This document shows positions 33,695-44,576 of a stretch of 64,000 nt of DNA, piece by piece. Each line of letters starts with the position of its first letter. The stretch's first letter is position 1. The position numbers and the translations under genes are program-made. A model generated the notes under the pieces. The model was given only the letters and a program-made list of their open reading frames with translations, was not told where the DNA came from and did no database searches. The DNA lies in the NCBI GenBank assembly GCA_030739735.1, contig JASLYQ010000001.1:159633-223632 (forward strand). Direction: 5' to 3'. This DNA comes from Alphaproteobacteria bacterium. GTDB taxonomy: Bacteria > Pseudomonadota > Alphaproteobacteria > UBA7887.

Positions 33695-34867
33695 ATGATC
33701 CCCAACCGTTACCCTACCCTCGACTTCGGTCTCAGCGAGACCGTGAACATGCTACGCGAGTCGGTAGCCGATTTCACGGCCGAGGAGATTGCGCCACGGG
33801 CAGCGGCAATCGATGAGAGCAACAATTTTCCCAGCGATCTCTGGCGCAAGCTGGGCGATCTCGGCCTGCTCGGCATTACCGCCGATGAGGACTATGGCGG
33901 CACCGGCATGGGCTATCTCGAGCAAGTGGTGGCGATCGAGGAAGTGAGCCGTGGCTCGGCCTCCATCGGCTTATCCTATGGTGCCCACGCCAATCTTTGC
34001 GTCAATCAGATCAATCGCAACGCCACGCCAGAGCAGAAAGCGCGCTACCTGCCCAAGCTCATCTCGGGCGAGCATATCGGCGCGCTGGCCATGAGCGAGC
34101 CCAGCGCCGGCTCGGACGTTGTCGGCATGAAGCTGCGCGCCGAGAAACGCGGCGAACGCTACATTCTCAACGGCAGCAAGATGTGGATCACCAACGGCCC
34201 CGACGCCGATACCGTGGTGGTCTACGCCAAGACCGACCCGGAAGCGGGCAGCCACGGTATCACTGCCTTCCTTATTGAGAAGGGCTTTCCCGGCTTTTCC
34301 ACGGCCCAGAAGCTCGACAAACTCGGCATGCGCGGCTCCAACACCGGCGAGCTGGTGTTCGAGAACTGCGAAGTACCCGAGGAGAACGTGCTCGGCGAGG
34401 TCGGCGGCGGCGTCGGGGTGCTCATGAGCGGCCTCGACTACGAGCGCACGGTGCTAGCCGGCGGGCCGCTCGGCATCATGCAGGCCTGCATGGACATCGT
34501 CGTGCCCTATGTGCACCAGCGCGAGCAGTTCGGTCGGCCGATCGGCACTTTCCAACTCATGCAGGGCAAGCTCGCCGACATGTACACCACCATGAATGCA
34601 TGCAAGGCTTACGCCTATGTCGTCGCCAAGGCCTGCGACCGCGGCGAGACCACGCGCAAGGATGCCGCTGGCGTGATTCTCTATACGTCCGAGAAGGCGA
34701 CCTGGATGGCACTCGAAGCGATACAGGCACTGGGCGGCACCGGCTATATCAACGAAAGCCCCACGGGGCGCCTACTGCGCGATGCCAAACTCTACGAGAT
34801 CGGCGCCGGGACGAGCGAAATCCGCCGCATGCTCATCGGCCGGGAGCTTTTCGAGGATACCGCTTAG
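33695..34867 (+). CDS. ivd: Isovaleryl-CoA dehydrogenase
   Basis: [52 protein letters not shown]. Confidence 0.93.
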   Translation: MIPNRYPTLDFGLSETVNMLRESVADFTAEEIAPRAAAIDESNNFPSDLWRKLGDLGLLGITADEDYGGTGMGYLEQVVAIEEVSRGSASIGLSYGAHANLCVNQINRNATPEQKARYLPKLISGEHIGALAMSEPSAGSDVVGMKLRAEKRGERYILNGSKMWITNGPDADTVVVYAKTDPEAGSHGITAFLIEKGFPGFSTAQKLDKLGMRGSNTGELVFENCEVPEENVLGEVGGGVGVLMSGLDYERTVLAGGPLGIMQACMDIVVPYVHQREQFGRPIGTFQLMQGKLADMYTTMNACKAYAYVVAKACDRGETTRKDAAGVILYTSEKATWMALEAIQALGGTGYINESPTGRLLRDAKLYEIGAGTSEIRRMLIGRELFEDTA

Positions 34868-35091
34868 CTATTAGCGACAGTGACCTATTAATTTGGGCAT
34901 GATTGACGCTGACGGACCGGCCATCCAGTCTACGACTGTGCGGCCGGATAGCCTCTCTCTATACTGACAAACGCTGAGACGAAATTCCACATCGTCAAAA
35001 CCCACATCTCGAAACACATGGCGATAGGCGTTGATATAGGTTGTTTAGGCTGCGAGCGAAGGCCGCAACACCATCTTGTTGCGGGCCACCG

Positions 35092-35607
35092 ATGAAGCTC
35101 GTGCGGGTGATCGAAAGCACCAGCCTGTTGTGTGGTTGGCTGGCAGCAGCAGCCTTCTTTACCCTCGGACTGATTGTCGGCTACGAGGTTTTCATGCGGT
35201 ACCTTTTCCTGGCGCCGACGCGTTGGGTAGAAGAGGTCGCGCGCCTGCTCCAGATCTATGCCGTCTTTCTAGCTGCAGCCTGGCTGGTGGCGCGACGCGA
35301 GCATATTCGCATCACCGTGCTCGCCGCCGCCCTGCCGCCGCGCCCGCGCCTTTGGCTGGCGCGCCTAGCTTTGGCCGTGGTTGCGCTGATCGCCAGCGCC
35401 GGCGCCTGGCATGCCGGTACCCTACTACGCTTCTCGGTGGAGATGGAGCAGTTCACCGATTCGACCGTCGGCCTGCCCATGTGGCTGCTTCAGGCGCCAG
35501 TGGTCGCCGGCCTCGGCCTCGCCAGCCTGCAGGCGCTCGCCACTCTGTGGCGCAGCTTCCTCGAGCCTGAGCGCCTCGTCGAAGCAGCGGATCCCGCGAG
35601 CGTATGA
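35092..35607 (+). CDS. dctQ: TRAP transporter small permease
   Basis: YEVFMRY..APT.W.EE, REHIRI; four TM segments. Confidence 0.9.
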   Translation: MKLVRVIESTSLLCGWLAAAAFFTLGLIVGYEVFMRYLFLAPTRWVEEVARLLQIYAVFLAAAWLVARREHIRITVLAAALPPRPRLWLARLALAVVALIASAGAWHAGTLLRFSVEMEQFTDSTVGLPMWLLQAPVVAGLGLASLQALATLWRSFLEPERLVEAADPASV

Positions 35608-35611
35608 CGCC

Positions 35612-36904
35612 ATGGAAGCGCTGCTCGTTTTTCTCGCTCTCTTCGCGGTACTGCTGATCGGCGTCGATATAGCCTTCGCCCTCGCGGGTCTCGGCCTAGC
35701 CTTGCTGCTGATCGGTGGCTTTTCGCCGCTGATTATGCCCCAAACCATGATGGCTAGCATGGACAACTTCATCCTGCTAGCGGTGCCATTATTCATCCTG
35801 ATGTCGAATGTTCTGTTGCGCGGTGGCGCTGGCGACGACCTCTTTGCCGCGGTGCAGAGCTGGGTCGGGCACTGGCCTGGCGGGCTCGCGGTGGCAACCA
35901 TTCTCTCATGCGCCCTTTTCGCCGCTATCTCCGGCTCCTCGGTGGCAACTGCGGCGACCGTCGGCACGGTAGCCATTCCGGCCATGGCGGCGCGTGGCTA
36001 CGACCGCCGCTTCACCTATGGTCTGCTAGCGGCGGGTGGGACGCTCGGCATTCTCATCCCGCCGTCGATCCCGATGATTGTCTATGGCGTGGTGATGTCG
36101 GAATCGATCGTCGATCTGTTCCGCGCCGGCGTCGTTCCCGGCCTTATGCTTACGGCCCTATTCGTGGCTTATTCCGTGCTGCAGGCGCGCTTTGGCGGTG
36201 CCTGCCAGCCCGAGCCGCGGGCCGATTGGCAAACCCGGCGTACCGCTAGCTTACGCGCGGCACCAACGCTAGCGCTGGCCCTAGTCATCGTGTTCGGCAT
36301 CTATTTTGGTGCCTTCACGCCGACCGAGGCAGCTGGCGTCGGCTTCCTGCTGGCAGCAGCCATCACCCTCGGCTGGCGGCGTAGCCTACTCCCGGCCGAT
36401 CTGGTGCCTATCGCGCTCGAATCAGCGCGTACCTCTGCCATGATCTTGTTCATCGTCGCCGCCGCCAGCGTCTTCGGTAAGGCGCTGACGCTCTACCGCA
36501 TCCCGCAGGAGGTCACAACGCTGGTGGTAGGCAACATCGCCTCGCCCGAGCTGTTCATAGCCGTCACCTGCGTCCTGCTGCTGGCCATGGGCTGCGTACT
36601 GGAAGCGCTTTCCATGATGCTGCTCGTGGTGCCCGTGGTGCAGCCGGCTCTATCTGACCTCGGCGTCGACCCGATCTGGTTCGGCGTCATCTTCACCATG
36701 ATGATCGAATGTGCTCTGATCACGCCGCCGGTAGGACTTAATCTCTTCGTTATCCGTGCCGTTGCCAGCCAGTCGCTCGGCGCCGGAGAAACAGCTACGG
36801 TCGGCGATGTCGTTCGCGGGACACTACCCTTTGTCTTGCTTATCCTATTCGCAGTCGTCTTATTGATTGTCTGGCCCTCGATTATTCTAGCCGTTATCCA
36901 CTAA
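35612..36904 (+). CDS. dctM: TRAP transporter large permease
   Basis: LAVPLF, ISGSSVAT, GILIPPSIP, TPTEAA, ITPPVGLNLF. Confidence 0.93.
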   Translation: MEALLVFLALFAVLLIGVDIAFALAGLGLALLLIGGFSPLIMPQTMMASMDNFILLAVPLFILMSNVLLRGGAGDDLFAAVQSWVGHWPGGLAVATILSCALFAAISGSSVATAATVGTVAIPAMAARGYDRRFTYGLLAAGGTLGILIPPSIPMIVYGVVMSESIVDLFRAGVVPGLMLTALFVAYSVLQARFGGACQPEPRADWQTRRTASLRAAPTLALALVIVFGIYFGAFTPTEAAGVGFLLAAAITLGWRRSLLPADLVPIALESARTSAMILFIVAAASVFGKALTLYRIPQEVTTLVVGNIASPELFIAVTCVLLLAMGCVLEALSMMLLVVPVVQPALSDLGVDPIWFGVIFTMMIECALITPPVGLNLFVIRAVASQSLGAGETATVGDVVRGTLPFVLLILFAVVLLIVWPSIILAVIH

Positions 36905-36914
36905 GGAGACACAC

Positions 36915-37826
36915 ATGTTCGCCGCTCCGCCAGTTATCGAGACCCGCGTCTTCAGCCGTATGCCCGAGCGCTTCCGTAAGCCCAATACGCGTAACGAGTG
37001 GACCGATATCATGTTGCTCGGCGGTACGGCGGACTGTTTTCTCGAAGGCCCATCCTTCGATGCCGACGGCAATCTGTGGCTAGTTGACATTCCCTTTGGC
37101 CGTATCTTCCGCGTCTCGCCAGATGGTGAATGGACCTGTGCAGCCGACTATGATGGCGAGCCAAACGGTCTCAAGCTCCATGCCGACGGGCGGATCTTTA
37201 TCGCCGATCACAAGCAGGGAATCCTGCAACTCGACCCGGCCACAGGCGCTGTCAACCCAGCACTCGACCGGCCACGGCTCGAACGCTTCAAGGGCTGCAA
37301 CGATCTTTTCTTCGGCGCCGACGGCACACTCTATTTCACCGACCAGGGGCAGACCGGTCTGCATGACGCCAGCGGGCGTCTTTACCGCTTGCGCACAGAC
37401 GGCGGCCTTGATCGCGTACTGGAAGGAATTCCGAGCCCGAACGGCCTAGTAACCAATCTCGACGAAAAAATTCTCTATCTCGCTGTGACCCGTGACAACG
37501 CGGTCTGGCGCGTGCCCATGTTGCCGGGCGGCGAGGTTACCAAGGTTGGGGTCTTCGTGCAGATGTCGGGCGGCCTTGCCGGCCCCGACGGCATGGCGCT
37601 TGATGTCGCCGGCAATCTGGCAGTGGCCCATGCGGGGCTGGGAACGGTGTGGCTGTTCAGCCCTCTTGGAGAGCCGGTCGCACGGGTGCGCAGCTGCGCC
37701 GGCGTCATGACCACCAATGTCGCCTATGGCGGATCCGACAACAAAAGCCTTTACATCACCGAATCCGAAAGCGGCAGCATACTCGTTGCCGAGATGCCAG
37801 AGCCCGGCCGCAAGATGTACGGTTGA
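36915..37826 (+). CDS. SMP-30/gluconolactonase family
   Basis: LEGP, PNG, NDL, PDG beta-propeller motifs. Confidence 0.9.
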   Translation: MFAAPPVIETRVFSRMPERFRKPNTRNEWTDIMLLGGTADCFLEGPSFDADGNLWLVDIPFGRIFRVSPDGEWTCAADYDGEPNGLKLHADGRIFIADHKQGILQLDPATGAVNPALDRPRLERFKGCNDLFFGADGTLYFTDQGQTGLHDASGRLYRLRTDGGLDRVLEGIPSPNGLVTNLDEKILYLAVTRDNAVWRVPMLPGGEVTKVGVFVQMSGGLAGPDGMALDVAGNLAVAHAGLGTVWLFSPLGEPVARVRSCAGVMTTNVAYGGSDNKSLYITESESGSILVAEMPEPGRKMYG

Positions 37827-37853
37827 GGCCGAGCCGGAAGCGCCGCAACAAGT

Positions 37854-38654
37854 CTAACGCGCGTCGAGGAAATCCAGCACCGCCTGGGCGGCAGCGGTGC
37901 CGTGGCTCAACACCACACCATGGCGGGCACGGGAGAACAGCATCAACTCAGCGCCGGGCACCAGAGAATGAGTATCGGCGAGCGTTAGCGGCGACAGGAA
38001 GGGGCTCGAATCGCCGGCAATCATGAGTGTGGGCGTGTCGATACGTCCCAGCTCATCAGAGAGATCGACCTCGGCCAGCATGTCGCCCTGGCCGAGCACC
38101 ACATCGCGATTGCAGGCTGACTGAACGGCGTGGAACCAGTTCCATTCGCGTTCGCTTATGCCACCAGGGAAGAAGCGCCGACCCATCATGGTTTTGGACC
38201 AGGCGACCATGCCATCGTTTTCGATCTGCTGGCGCCAAGCAAGCAGCCCCGAGACAGCACCGCCTTTGTGCGGCGCGGTGCACGAGGTGAGGCTCAAGAG
38301 AGCCTCGCCGTGGTGGATGGCAAGGTAATAGCCGAGCGCGCCTCCCATCGATTCACCGACGTAATGGAACTGCTCGGTCCCAGCTGCTTTAGCCACGGCC
38401 AGGGTATCGGCGGCAAGACCCGGTATCGACCAGTCGTAGCCGACACCGGCGCTTGCCGAACGGCCATAGCCGCGCACGTCGAAGCGCACCAGGCGGAAGC
38501 GCCGCGACAGGACAGGCCACCACTTGCACCATATGCGGTGATCTATACCGACGCCATGGTGAAACAGAACCGTCTCGGGTGACTCCACCCATGGCGGGTT
38601 CAGATCGATAATGTCATACCAAATATCACCGTTGGCGGTTTGCAGCATGCTCAT
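37854..38654 (-). CDS. Alpha/beta hydrolase (enol-lactonase-like)
   Basis: HHG, D.RGYG.S, GESMGG nucleophile elbow, ARHG. Confidence 0.88.
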   Translation of the reverse strand: MSMLQTANGDIWYDIIDLNPPWVESPETVLFHHGVGIDHRIWCKWWPVLSRRFRLVRFDVRGYGRSASAGVGYDWSIPGLAADTLAVAKAAGTEQFHYVGESMGGALGYYLAIHHGEALLSLTSCTAPHKGGAVSGLLAWRQQIENDGMVAWSKTMMGRRFFPGGISEREWNWFHAVQSACNRDVVLGQGDMLAEVDLSDELGRIDTPTLMIAGDSSPFLSPLTLADTHSLVPGAELMLFSRARHGVVLSHGTAAAQAVLDFLDAR

Positions 38655-38761
38655 GCGCTGGCTCTCCCTGAAAGCTATCGACCACCTTTGGTATAGGCGG
38701 AAGTGGCATGCCTTGGCGAGCCCGCTATGATAGCGCTCCCCGCAACCCTGCCCAGACTGCC

Positions 38762-39436
38762 ATGCCCCGCTCGCCCCGCCCCAAGGATGCCGCCACGCTT
38801 ATACTGCTGCGTCACAGCCATGGCGCAGCGGAAGTGCTGCTGGGCCAACGTAACGCCAGACACGCCTTCATGCCCAACCGCTATGTCTTTCCCGGCGGGC
38901 GCGTCGACGCCTATGACCACCGGGTACGCGTCGCCAGCGAGTTGAGGCCCGAGGTGCGCGACCGCCTTGAACGCGCGACAACGCCGGCACGGGCGCATGC
39001 GCTAGCCGTAGCCGCGGTGCGCGAGACCTGGGAGGAGACCGGACTGCTTCTGGCCCAACCCCTGCCTTACGGCATGTCCTCAACCAAGCGGGCGCCGTGG
39101 GACGCTTTCACCGAGCGCGGCTTAGCGCCCGCATTGGATTGCCTTGACTACATCTATCGGGCGGTGACACCGCCGGGGCGGCCACGACGTTTCAATGCGC
39201 GGTTCTTCTTGGCAGATGCAGCCAATGTCAGCGGCGAGTTGGCCGGCGACGGGGAGTTGCTGGATTTGCGCTGGGTGGCGCTTGACGAAGCGCTTTCGCT
39301 GCCCATCCCCCAGGTCACCCATCTGGTTCTCGAGGAAGTGCGGCGCATCATGGACACACGGCCTGATACGCCCAAAAACCGGCCGTTGCCGCGCTTTCAG
39401 ACGGTCAACGGCCGCTTCGTCTTCGATCACGAATAG
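38762..39436 (+). CDS. NUDIX hydrolase
   Basis: DAATLIL, VFPGGRVD, AAVRETWEETG, RRFNARFF. Confidence 0.9.
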   Translation: MPRSPRPKDAATLILLRHSHGAAEVLLGQRNARHAFMPNRYVFPGGRVDAYDHRVRVASELRPEVRDRLERATTPARAHALAVAAVRETWEETGLLLAQPLPYGMSSTKRAPWDAFTERGLAPALDCLDYIYRAVTPPGRPRRFNARFFLADAANVSGELAGDGELLDLRWVALDEALSLPIPQVTHLVLEEVRRIMDTRPDTPKNRPLPRFQTVNGRFVFDHE

Positions 39437-39439
39437 GCG

Positions 39440-39874
39440 CTATCCGCTCTCAACCCGTCCGGCCTTGACCTCGGTGCCGGCGGGCATATCCTCGCCCGCC
39501 ACCAGCCAAAATCTATCGCCGCCGCACGCCCGGCCACGGCCGTTGCTGATCGGCTCCGCCAGGGTATAGATACGGTCGATATACTAGTCAGTGCGGCGGT
39601 TGAGGTCGGGACGGTCGTTCTCCACGTAATCGGGCCGCCAGGACTTTCGCCCTACACAAATACTGACGATCGACAGTGCTGAAAACACGAGCATCTGATA
39701 CCGCCAATCGAACTCGGGCATGGCCAGCAGCAGAAGCCCGGTAACGCCAGCCGAGACGCCAAACCAGAGGAACAGAGTTCCTGGTAGTAGGGCCCCGATA
39801 ATCATGAAGGTGACGCCGGCGATCCACCAATGCCAATACTGAACCTCGGTGAAGAAGGCGGGATCCATTTCCAT
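39440..39874 (-). pseudogene. NfeD/YbbJ family gene interrupted by an in-frame TAG
   Basis: WHWWIAG..LNRRTD*YIDRIYTLAEPISNGRGR..GD.FWLVAGED.PAGT.V; the OB-fold continues in frame past the stop at 39584-39586. Confidence 0.8.
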
Positions 39875-39877
39875 GGC

Positions 39878-40035
39878 TTAGGCTTCCCGATTCCAGGGCC
39901 CGTCGCCACCGCGCGTGACCCCAACCTGCTTGCCAAGCTCAGCGACACCGGCCACCGCTCCCATCACGTCTAAAGCCTTGAGCGGCATCAGCATGACCCT
40001 TTCGTTATTGGCATTCCCAATCGCTTCCAGGGCCA
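39878..40035 (-). pseudogene. C-terminal remnant of an SPFH/QmcA (YbbK) gene
   Basis: ALEAIGNANNERVMLMPLKALDVMGAVAGVAEL resembles the QmcA C-terminus; lies directly upstream of the ybbJ-like gene; rest of gene missing. Confidence 0.75.
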
Positions 40036-40221
40036 AGTCGCCGTTCTCAACGGATCCACACTTGCGGTTTATGCGGAAAAGGCAACCGCCACCACCGTTG
40101 CCACTGCTACAGGCCGTGTTTGCATGGTCCCGTCCACTACCAAATTTCGAATAATCTTTTCACTCGATGGCAGAATGGTCAAATAAACGCCGATATCGCG
40201 TTTTAGAGACGGAGGGAAAAC

Positions 40222-41310
40222 ATGGTCAAGATCGCAACTTTTGAGACTAACCTTTACCGTATTCCGTTGCCGACACCCGTGCGAGGTGCCAGCACGGGCA
40301 TCATGAGCGACTTCGACATGGTCATGGTTCGTCTAACCGATGACGATGGCGTCGAAGGCACAGGCTATACCGCCGTGATGCTGGGGCAAGGGGCATCCAT
40401 CGCCACCATGATCGACACGGTTTACGGCGACATCGTCAGCGAAGGCGATCCGCGCGCGATTGAAGGACTTTGGGCCAAGATGTGGAAGCGCCAGCACTAT
40501 GCTGGACGCGGCGCGCCGGCCAGCTTTGCCATCGCGGCGATCGACACGGCGCTTTGGGACTTGCGCGCCCGCGCTTTCGACGAGCCTCTCTGGCGCCTGC
40601 TCGGCGGCCACGATCCTGCGGTGCGCGCTTATGCCGGCAATATCGACCTCAATTTCCCGCTGGAGAAGGCCGTCGAAGGTGCCTGCCGCAGCGAAGCGGC
40701 AGGATTCCGGTCGATCAAGACGCGCCTGGGCAAGCCGACCTTGAAAGAGGACTTGGCGCGCATCACCGCCGTCCGCGAAGCGCTCGACCCTGACACGGAA
40801 CTCATGGCGGATGCCAACGAGGCCTGGCGGCCGGACCAAGCGTTGCGGGCCTTGCGGGCACTGCGCCCCCTGGATCTGGTATGGGTGGAGGAGCCTATCA
40901 CCCCTGACGATTTTTCCGGCTATGCGCATTTGCGCGCCCATGGCGGTGTGCCGCTGTCGGCCGGCGAGAACTTGCACACACTCGCCGAGTTTGCCCAACT
41001 CATCGGCGCCCGCGGCATCGACTTTCCCGAGCCCGACCTGACCACCTGCGGCGGCATCACCCCGTGGATGAAGGTCGCGCATCTGGCCGAGGCGAATGCC
41101 CTGCCGGTAACCTCCCACGGCGCCCACGATATTCACGTGCACCTGCTCGCGGCAGTGCCCAACGCGGCCTATCTGGAAGTGCACGGCTTTGGCCTCGACG
41201 CCTATATGGCCGATCCGCTGGAGATGCGCGATGGGCTGGCGATCGCGCCCGAACGTCCGGGACACGGCATCACCTGGAATTGGGGCGCACTGTCTGCCCA
41301 CCGGGTGTGA
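40222..41310 (+). CDS. Mandelate racemase/muconate lactonising (enolase superfamily) enzyme
   Basis: AIDTALWDL, DAN, WVEEP, GEN, SHG. Confidence 0.9.
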   Translation: MVKIATFETNLYRIPLPTPVRGASTGIMSDFDMVMVRLTDDDGVEGTGYTAVMLGQGASIATMIDTVYGDIVSEGDPRAIEGLWAKMWKRQHYAGRGAPASFAIAAIDTALWDLRARAFDEPLWRLLGGHDPAVRAYAGNIDLNFPLEKAVEGACRSEAAGFRSIKTRLGKPTLKEDLARITAVREALDPDTELMADANEAWRPDQALRALRALRPLDLVWVEEPITPDDFSGYAHLRAHGGVPLSAGENLHTLAEFAQLIGARGIDFPEPDLTTCGGITPWMKVAHLAEANALPVTSHGAHDIHVHLLAAVPNAAYLEVHGFGLDAYMADPLEMRDGLAIAPERPGHGITWNWGALSAHRV

Positions 41311-41613
41311 CTCGCTATCAGATAGCTTCCGCTGTGAAGGCGAGCTTGTCTCCCGCAGTCAGCGCACGGTGCAAGAAAATAGCGTATTTTTCGGTTTTCA
41401 ACACCTCAGCCAGGCTCTCGGTCCTGGTCCGATCGGTGCTGGGCACAGGGAACTCGTGTTCAGCGAGGCCGTCGCGGAGTTGTAGTCGGCCGCCCAAGCC
41501 GCAACATTGCCGCGTAGGGTGTGTCGGCGAAGGCCGGCACGCCAAGTTCGGCAAGTGCACCGACCAGCGCGATTGTGCGGCTACCCTAGCCGCCAGCAAT
41601 GAAAAAAACAGCT

Positions 41614-42795
41614 TCACCCGGCGCGACGGTCGTTACGCCCATGGTCGGGCGGTTCGCAAAAAATACGACCCGGGTCGAGCTGCCCGAAATCACTGATCCC
41701 CGCCTGGCCCATGACCACGTCAATCTCACCACGCAGGATGTCTATGGCGTGCGTCGCGCCCGCCAAGCCGCCGACCGTCACGCCGTAGAGTGTCGAGCGC
41801 CCGAGGAAGACGAACTCGGCGCCGAGGCAGAGCGCAGTCAACACGTCCGAGCCGCGCCGGATACCACTGTCAAACATCACCGTCATACGCTCGCCGACTG
41901 CCGCCTTAATGGCAGGCAGTACGTCGAGCGGTGACGGCGCCCGGTCGAGCTGACGGGCGCCGTGATTGGAGACGATGATACCGTCCACGCCCATATCCGC
42001 AGCCCGCACAGCATCAGTCGTGCTCATGATTCCCTTGAGCACCAAAAAGTCGGGCCAGAGATTGCGAAAATTCTCGACATCGCGCCAGGTTATCGGCGCC
42101 GGCGTCTGCGTGGCGACCAGGTCTGCGACCTGATCAGATGTCGGATCGTCACCCGCATAAGCCGCCCAGTTGGCAAAGGTCGGTTTGCCGTTTTTGAGAT
42201 AGCCGGCCAGCCAGTGGGGATGGCGCAGCGCCTCGATCTTGGTGGCAAGTGATAGCTTCAAGGGCCGCGAGAAGCCGTTGCGCCGGTTGCGCTCACGTTT
42301 CGCATGGATCGGCACGTCAACGGTGAAGACCAACGTCTTCAGACCGGCCTCGTGAACGCGGCGAATCATATCTTCCGATATCGCCTTGTCGCGTGCCGCA
42401 TAGAGTTGGTACCAGCCGTGATCGGGCGCCAGCTTGCCCAAATCCTCAATCGAGCCCGTGCTCGCGCCCGACAGGATGAAGGGAATGTTCGCCTCGCGCG
42501 CGGCTTGGGCCAACATCATATCCGCGCCAGGGCGAAACAACGCCGCGAGCCCGGTCGGCGCGATGCCGAACGGCGACGCATAGTCATGCCCGAACAGCCG
42601 CGCCGTCTGATTGCGCGTGGCGATATCAACCAGATACTGCGGGATCAGCCGGTGCCGGCGAAACGCCGCCTGATTATGGTTGAGGCCGTCCTCGTCATCG
42701 ACGCCACCCTCGATGTAGTCGAAGGCTATCTTCGGCAGATAGCGCTTGGCCATGTGCCGCAGATCCTCGAGATTTATGGCGTCGCAAATGTTCAT
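41614..42795 (-). CDS. FMN-dependent alpha-hydroxy acid dehydrogenase (L-lactate/mandelate DH family)
   Basis: FDYIEGG, WYQLY, LKG, VSNHGARQLD, DSGIRRG.D. Confidence 0.93.
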   Translation of the reverse strand: MNICDAINLEDLRHMAKRYLPKIAFDYIEGGVDDEDGLNHNQAAFRRHRLIPQYLVDIATRNQTARLFGHDYASPFGIAPTGLAALFRPGADMMLAQAAREANIPFILSGASTGSIEDLGKLAPDHGWYQLYAARDKAISEDMIRRVHEAGLKTLVFTVDVPIHAKRERNRRNGFSRPLKLSLATKIEALRHPHWLAGYLKNGKPTFANWAAYAGDDPTSDQVADLVATQTPAPITWRDVENFRNLWPDFLVLKGIMSTTDAVRAADMGVDGIIVSNHGARQLDRAPSPLDVLPAIKAAVGERMTVMFDSGIRRGSDVLTALCLGAEFVFLGRSTLYGVTVGGLAGATHAIDILRGEIDVVMGQAGISDFGQLDPGRIFCEPPDHGRNDRRAG

Positions 42796-42834
42796 GACAC
42801 TCCTCAATAGGCCGGCGCTATAGCATGCATGGGC

Positions 42835-43852
42835 TTAGGCTGGTACCGCGAATCCGACTAACAGATTTGCGCCCCGGGGATCAGGATTGTTGAGCCGGTC
42901 GTGCGACGGTCTTCAAGATCAGCATGCGCCCGGGCTGCGTCCCGCAAGCCATAACGCTGGTTGATCTCGATGCGCAGGGCGCCGTCCGCAATGAGCTTGA
43001 ACAGCTCCGCCGCGTTGCGCGAGCGCTGTATGGGGTCCTTGACAAAACAGGCAAGCCCGCCACACGGGTGACATTGAGCGCCTTGGGCGCCAGCCGCGTT
43101 GTCTGCAAGAGTGGCGTTGGGCCAGACGACTGGCCATAGCTCACCATCCAGCCGCGCTCGGCCAGGACATCGATGCCCTTGTCGAAAGTGTCCTTGCCGA
43201 TGGCGTCATAAATGGCATTGACGCCCTTGCCCTGGGTCAGGTCCATGGCTGCCTCGGCAAAATTTATCTTGCGATAGAGGATGGGATGGTCACAGCCGTG
43301 CGAGGCAGCAAGCGCAGCCTTGTCGGCATTCCCAACCGTGCCGATGACCGTGGCGCCGAGATGTTTGGCCCACTGGCAAAGCAACAGGCCGACCCCGCCC
43401 GCCGCGGCGTGCACCAGTACGGTGTTGCCAAGCTTAACAGGATACAGCTCACGCACCAGATAATGCGCCGTGAGCCCTTTCAGCGTCGCCGCCGCGGCGG
43501 TCTCGTCCGAGATGCCGTCCGCCAACTTGATCAGCCGGTCGCACTGGATGAGGCGCCGCTCGGCATAGCTGCCGAGCATCATACAATAGGTCACACGGTC
43601 ACCCTCGGCAAAATCGCTCACACCAGGACCGATGGCCTCGACAGCGCCCATGCCTTCCATGCCGAGCGTCACCGGAAGTTCGCGCAGAGGATAGGCGCCA
43701 GAGCGTTGGTTGACGTCAATGAAATTGAGCCCGATGGCACCGTGACGGATGCGCACCTCACCGGGTCCGGGATCACCGACCTCGACCTCCTCCCAGCGCA
43801 TCTCCTCGGGCCCGCCGGTCGCGTGGATACGTATCGCATGGCTCGTTGTCAT
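42835..43852 (-). pseudogene. NADPH:quinone oxidoreductase (Qor) with a frameshift near 43062
   Basis: GLNFID, HAAAGGVG, YGQSSG; the canonical C-terminus (AHADLE.R.TTGSTILIP) is in another frame after a GT duplication. Confidence 0.8.
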
Positions 43853-43943
43853 GTGCCGCACTCCTCCAAAGAATGGGACTGGACCATTGCCTAACCACAG
43901 GTCAGAATCGCAGCGCCACCGCAAGGACAAAAGGATCCAGCGC

Positions 43944-44576
43944 ATGAAGCTCTACGATTTCGGCCCTGCTGCCAACTCCAAACGCGTTCGAATGTTCCTG
44001 GCTGAGAAGGGCCTTAAGCTTCCCACCGTAGAGCTCAACGTCCGCGACGACGAGCAATTCAAGGAGCCCTTCACCTCGATGAACCCGTTCCACTGCGTGC
44101 CTTTCCTTGAACTCGACGACGGTACGGTGATCGCGGAATCGATCTCGGTATGCCGCTATCTCGAGGAGCTACATCCTGAACCCTCGCTATTCGGGCGCAC
44201 GTCAGCCGAACGCGGCATCATCGACATGTGGACCCGGCGAGTTGAGCTCGACGGCTTCCTGCCACTGCTTCATGCGACGCGTAACGACATGCCTCTATTC
44301 GCCGGGCGTGTCGTGCCCGGCACGCGCACCGATCTCGCCCAGCTGCCAGCCATGGTCGAGCGCGGCCAGGAAATGGCTCATGTCTTTTTTGGGCGCCTCG
44401 AGCCACACATGCAGGACAACGAATTCATTGCCGGCGCGAACGTAAGCAACGCCGACATCACTGCCTGGTTCGTGGTCAACATGGCCAACCGCTTCAAGAT
44501 GGGTATCGGAGAGCGCTATCCCGGCATCCAACGCTGGCACACCATGTTCTCCGCCCGGCCAAGCACAGAGGCTTAG
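43944..44576 (+). CDS. Glutathione S-transferase family protein
   Basis: RVRMFLAEKG, NP..VP.LELDDG, ESISVCRY, ADIT. Confidence 0.9.
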   Translation: MKLYDFGPAANSKRVRMFLAEKGLKLPTVELNVRDDEQFKEPFTSMNPFHCVPFLELDDGTVIAESISVCRYLEELHPEPSLFGRTSAERGIIDMWTRRVELDGFLPLLHATRNDMPLFAGRVVPGTRTDLAQLPAMVERGQEMAHVFFGRLEPHMQDNEFIAGANVSNADITAWFVVNMANRFKMGIGERYPGIQRWHTMFSARPSTEA

